Source of the DNA: Candidatus Bathyarchaeota archaeon
Lineage (GTDB): Archaea > Thermoproteota > Bathyarchaeia > Bathyarchaeales > Bathycorpusculaceae
Reading direction: 5' to 3'
Assembly (NCBI GenBank): GCA_963775685.1
Contig: CAVZJV010000014.1
Span: 1,568,001-1,632,000, forward strand
Length of the DNA stretch: 64,000 nt
Positions 61,317-64,000 of this stretch are shown piece after piece. The notes under the pieces are model-generated. The model was not told the origin of the DNA and searched no databases. It worked only from the letters and a program-made list of their open reading frames with translations. A program made the translations under genes and the position numbers. The first letter of the stretch is position 1. Every line of letters begins with the position of its first letter.

Positions 61317-62060
61317 TTATTTTTTATTGATGTTTGATGCGCCTGAGGTGTTTATTGTTCCAAGTGTTGGTTCGCCGATGTACTGAAGGGTGGATACACC
61401 GCTTGCTTGAACATCTAACCTTCCGCTAAGGTTTACGGTTGCGTGGCTTGCCCCGCTTAAGTCGACGTTGACGTCGTTGACGCTAAAGTTGGTGAGGTCC
61501 AAGTTGCTTGCCCCCGAAACCGCTGAGGTAAGGTTGCTTCCAGTTCCCTCGCCTATAATGTGTGAAGCTCCGGACACTTCAAAGTTAACATCTCCGACGT
61601 TGAAGCTCCTAAGTTCTAACATGCTTGCGCCTGACACTTGGGCGGTGAACTTATTGGAGCTGCTAAAGCCGTCTGCTGTTCCCCTACTCGCACCCGACAG
61701 CTCTAAGTTGTCCAATGCAGGCATTGTTATTTCAGCTTTACTGTTAAAAACGCCGAAGAACACTCCAGGCTTAACATCAATCTTTAGTGTCTGACCCTGC
61801 TGTGTCACCTCGATTCTATCGAACAATCGCTCACCAGCGGAAATCTTTACGCTATAAGAGGCAGACTGCGTTATGGTAACTTGGAAAGCTGAGCCGACTT
61901 CAACTGAGGAAAACCCGCTGAAATCCAGACTCTCTGTTCGCTGGTTGCCCGGCAAGACCCAAAGAAAAACAAAAACAGACCCAACAACCAACACAACAAT
62001 ACCCACAGCCAATAAAACGATAAAAAGAGTACTTAAAGCCCTTCGGTTCTTATAGACCAT
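61317..62060 (-). CDS. DUF2807 / GIN-domain beta-solenoid protein
   Basis: N-terminal TM; repeated (L/V)SGAS turns; Y.G.P....I..SGAS.I. Confidence 0.88.
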   Translation of the reverse strand: MVYKNRRALSTLFIVLLAVGIVVLVVGSVFVFLWVLPGNQRTESLDFSGFSSVEVGSAFQVTITQSASYSVKISAGERLFDRIEVTQQGQTLKIDVKPGVFFGVFNSKAEITMPALDNLELSGASRGTADGFSSSNKFTAQVSGASMLELRSFNVGDVNFEVSGASHIIGEGTGSNLTSAVSGASNLDLTNFSVNDVNVDLSGASHATVNLSGRLDVQASGVSTLQYIGEPTLGTINTSGASNINKK

Positions 62061-62250
62061 GAAATCAATCCCCTTTCTTAGATGAAAATAACCTTTTAGG
62101 CTTATTTATTATTTTTCATGTCATCTCGGTGCGTTCTGCAGCAACCAGAGTGATTTTTTTGGCAATTGAAAAACAGTACTTTAGTAATAGTTCACTTACA
62201 GTCACAAACCCTTTAATTTAAGATGTGGATAGCCTCACGGAGGAATTATT

Positions 62251-62643
62251 ATGCGAGAAAAGCAACAAAACCAAGAAGAAAAGAGCACCACCAAGCAGGC
62301 CGCGAAGAAGGCAGACGAGGAAAGCGCCGTGCTTGCGGCAATCGCCGCGATGCCTGGACCTGATCGCGAAATAGGCGAGCGTCTCCATGCCATAATCAAA
62401 GCAAGCGCGCCAGCCCTCTCGCCGAAAACTTGGTACGGGATGCCAGCGTATGCCAAGGACGGCAAGATCGTCTGTTTCTTCCAAAGCGCGCAAAAGTTCA
62501 ACACAAGGTACGCGACGTTCGGCTTCCAGCACGAAGCGAACCTCGACGAAGGCAACATGTGGCCGGTCGCCTTTGCGCTGAAGAAGTTGACTGCCGCCGA
62601 AGAAGTAAGGATCGGCGCACTTGTGACGAAAGCGGTAAGCTAA
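62251..62643 (+). CDS. DUF1801 (YdhG-like) protein
   Basis: LHAII...[20 protein letters not shown]; visibly more GC-rich than its flanks. Confidence 0.88.
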   Translation: MREKQQNQEEKSTTKQAAKKADEESAVLAAIAAMPGPDREIGERLHAIIKASAPALSPKTWYGMPAYAKDGKIVCFFQSAQKFNTRYATFGFQHEANLDEGNMWPVAFALKKLTAAEEVRIGALVTKAVS

Positions 62644-63153
62644 GTCATAACTTTTTTAAATAATTAAGAAAAAAGTTAAGTATTTTAATACGCCCGCAGT
62701 GCATCTTATAACACCAAAGACGCGTGTGCAAAGCAATTGAGTACGGTCCAGATATTTTAGAGGGGTCAATCCTGTCTCTTTTATTCATGGTTTTTGCCAA
62801 GTTGATTTCACCTTTACAGAAACAGGCTTCAAGGTTGTTTATTATGTTAATTGAGGGTGAAAAAGGCTTTTTGTCTGAAGCAAATTTTTTCGGCATGTAG
62901 AAATGTATTGGGATTTTTTTGTCTGAGACCCTACTTATACAAAATTTGGGTTTTCATAGAAGAAGTTTTAGGTTAATCTGTTTTTTAGCGTGTTTTTGGG
63001 AGTACTTTAGTCATGACGAAACGTTTTATGGGTGACATTTTGCTCTTTTGGCTTTAGGAAAACGGGAGTAGCGTTTATTGCGGCGGGCGATTTTTCACTA
63101 ACCATATTTTTGGCTCCATAACTTGTTATGATTACATGAGAAAACAGCGAAAA

Positions 63154-63359
63154 TCAAGATTTCTTATTTTCAGATAACGATAGGTTTAAGCTATAACCTT
63201 CTTTGACAACATTTATCATCAGTTGCTGGCCTCGGAACAGTCTCATCAAGTCATGGTATTCTCTGGGAGAACAAGCGTGATTCGGTCGTATTCGTAGATC
63301 TTTCGGGCGTTCTTGTACTTTCTTTTTGATTTATCAAACCGAAGCTTCACAATGAGCAA
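63154..63359 (-). pseudogene. Small basic protein downstream of polB, with one frameshift
   Basis: MLIVKLRFDKSKRKYKNARKIYEYDRITLVL / PREYHDLMRLFRGQQLMINVVKEGYSLNLSLSENKKS. Confidence 0.45.
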
Positions 63360-63364
63360 ATCCC

Positions 63365-64000
63365 TCAGTATTGTAGGAGACTGTTTTGTTTTTGTTGTCT
63401 GACCGTTTCGCAAATTGATTTGGGGGTGTAGCCGTTGAAGCTTAACATGTTTGCGGCTGCTGAATAAAGAAGCATCAGGTATTTTTCGGTGTCAGGTTCT
63501 ATTCCCTTCTCCAATAGTTGAGCTGCCTTAACTCTGCGTTCAAAGCGTTTGTTGTTTGAATCGGTATAGACAAAGTGTACACTGTTACCTGCGTGAACTT
63601 CGGAGCCTTCCTTGATTAGTTGCTCTGCGGCGATGACTTGGCTCACGTGTTGCTTGTAGTGTTTTGGGTTTTTTGACAAGTGCTTTTTAACAATCAAATC
63701 TCCGATTGTTACTTCTCCGTCGATTAGTTTTTGCCGGTAAGCTTTGACAACTCTTAGGGCCGCAGGAATTTTTTGCATGAACTCCTTGGAGTTGTTAGCT
63801 TTAGAGAAAATGTCGATCATTTCCATCTGGGCATTGTAAACAAATCTGGGCGTGTCGTGTTTGCGTACTTCTAACCCTCTGACTTTTAGTTTTCCGCTCT
63901 CCATAACCCCATAATACCGGTTAAGCACGCCGACGTTTGGATGCATCTTTGAAGGCAAAAAAACAATCCATTTGTAGCGGCCTTCAAAGTTTAGCGGTAC
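63365..64000 (-). CDS. Family B DNA polymerase, C-terminal part (PolB2-like); runs off the window edge
   Basis: FEGRYKWIVFLP...NRYYG...KVRGLEVRKHDTP, KHLSK.P..Y, D.EKY..LL. Confidence 0.85.
   Translation of the reverse strand, partial: VPLNFEGRYKWIVFLPSKMHPNVGVLNRYYGVMESGKLKVRGLEVRKHDTPRFVYNAQMEMIDIFSKANNSKEFMQKIPAALRVVKAYRQKLIDGEVTIGDLIVKKHLSKNPKHYKQHVSQVIAAEQLIKEGSEVHAGNSVHFVYTDSNNKRFERRVKAAQLLEKGIEPDTEKYLMLLYSAAANMLSFNGYTPKSICETVRQQKQNSLLQY

Overview
Archaeal chromosomal window, most likely Bathyarchaeia (TACK). This is inferred from the archaeal information-processing genes plus arcadin-1, a tungsten aldehyde oxidoreductase, REC/PAS two-component genes and several PQQ-type beta-propeller surface proteins. 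Housekeeping blocks (cdc48, EF-1beta, fen, glmS, trm5, rtcA, proS, ilvE, thrS, nac, mbf1-hflX-trm56-tfe, tRNA-Val) alternate with accessory surface-protein, regulator and transporter genes. Many genes carry single-base frameshifts, including normally conserved mbf1 and hemA, so the 'pseudogene' calls may be long-read consensus errors. Most notable non-routine signals: a Cys-motif winged-helix regulator coupled to hemA behind twin palindromic operators; a conserved GTTGAGAA..TTCTCAAC leader hairpin on two paralogous giant surface-protein genes, with a third free-standing structured copy; a ~0.8 kb tRNA-Val mini-island holding only vapBC; an ArsR locus with an unannotated 7-Cys microprotein; a fluoride riboswitch; orphan membrane-anchor fragments; and a displaced 32-nt piece of hemA. 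I found no CRISPR array, rRNA, integrase, transposase or reverse transcriptase. All calls are by eye, with no database searches.
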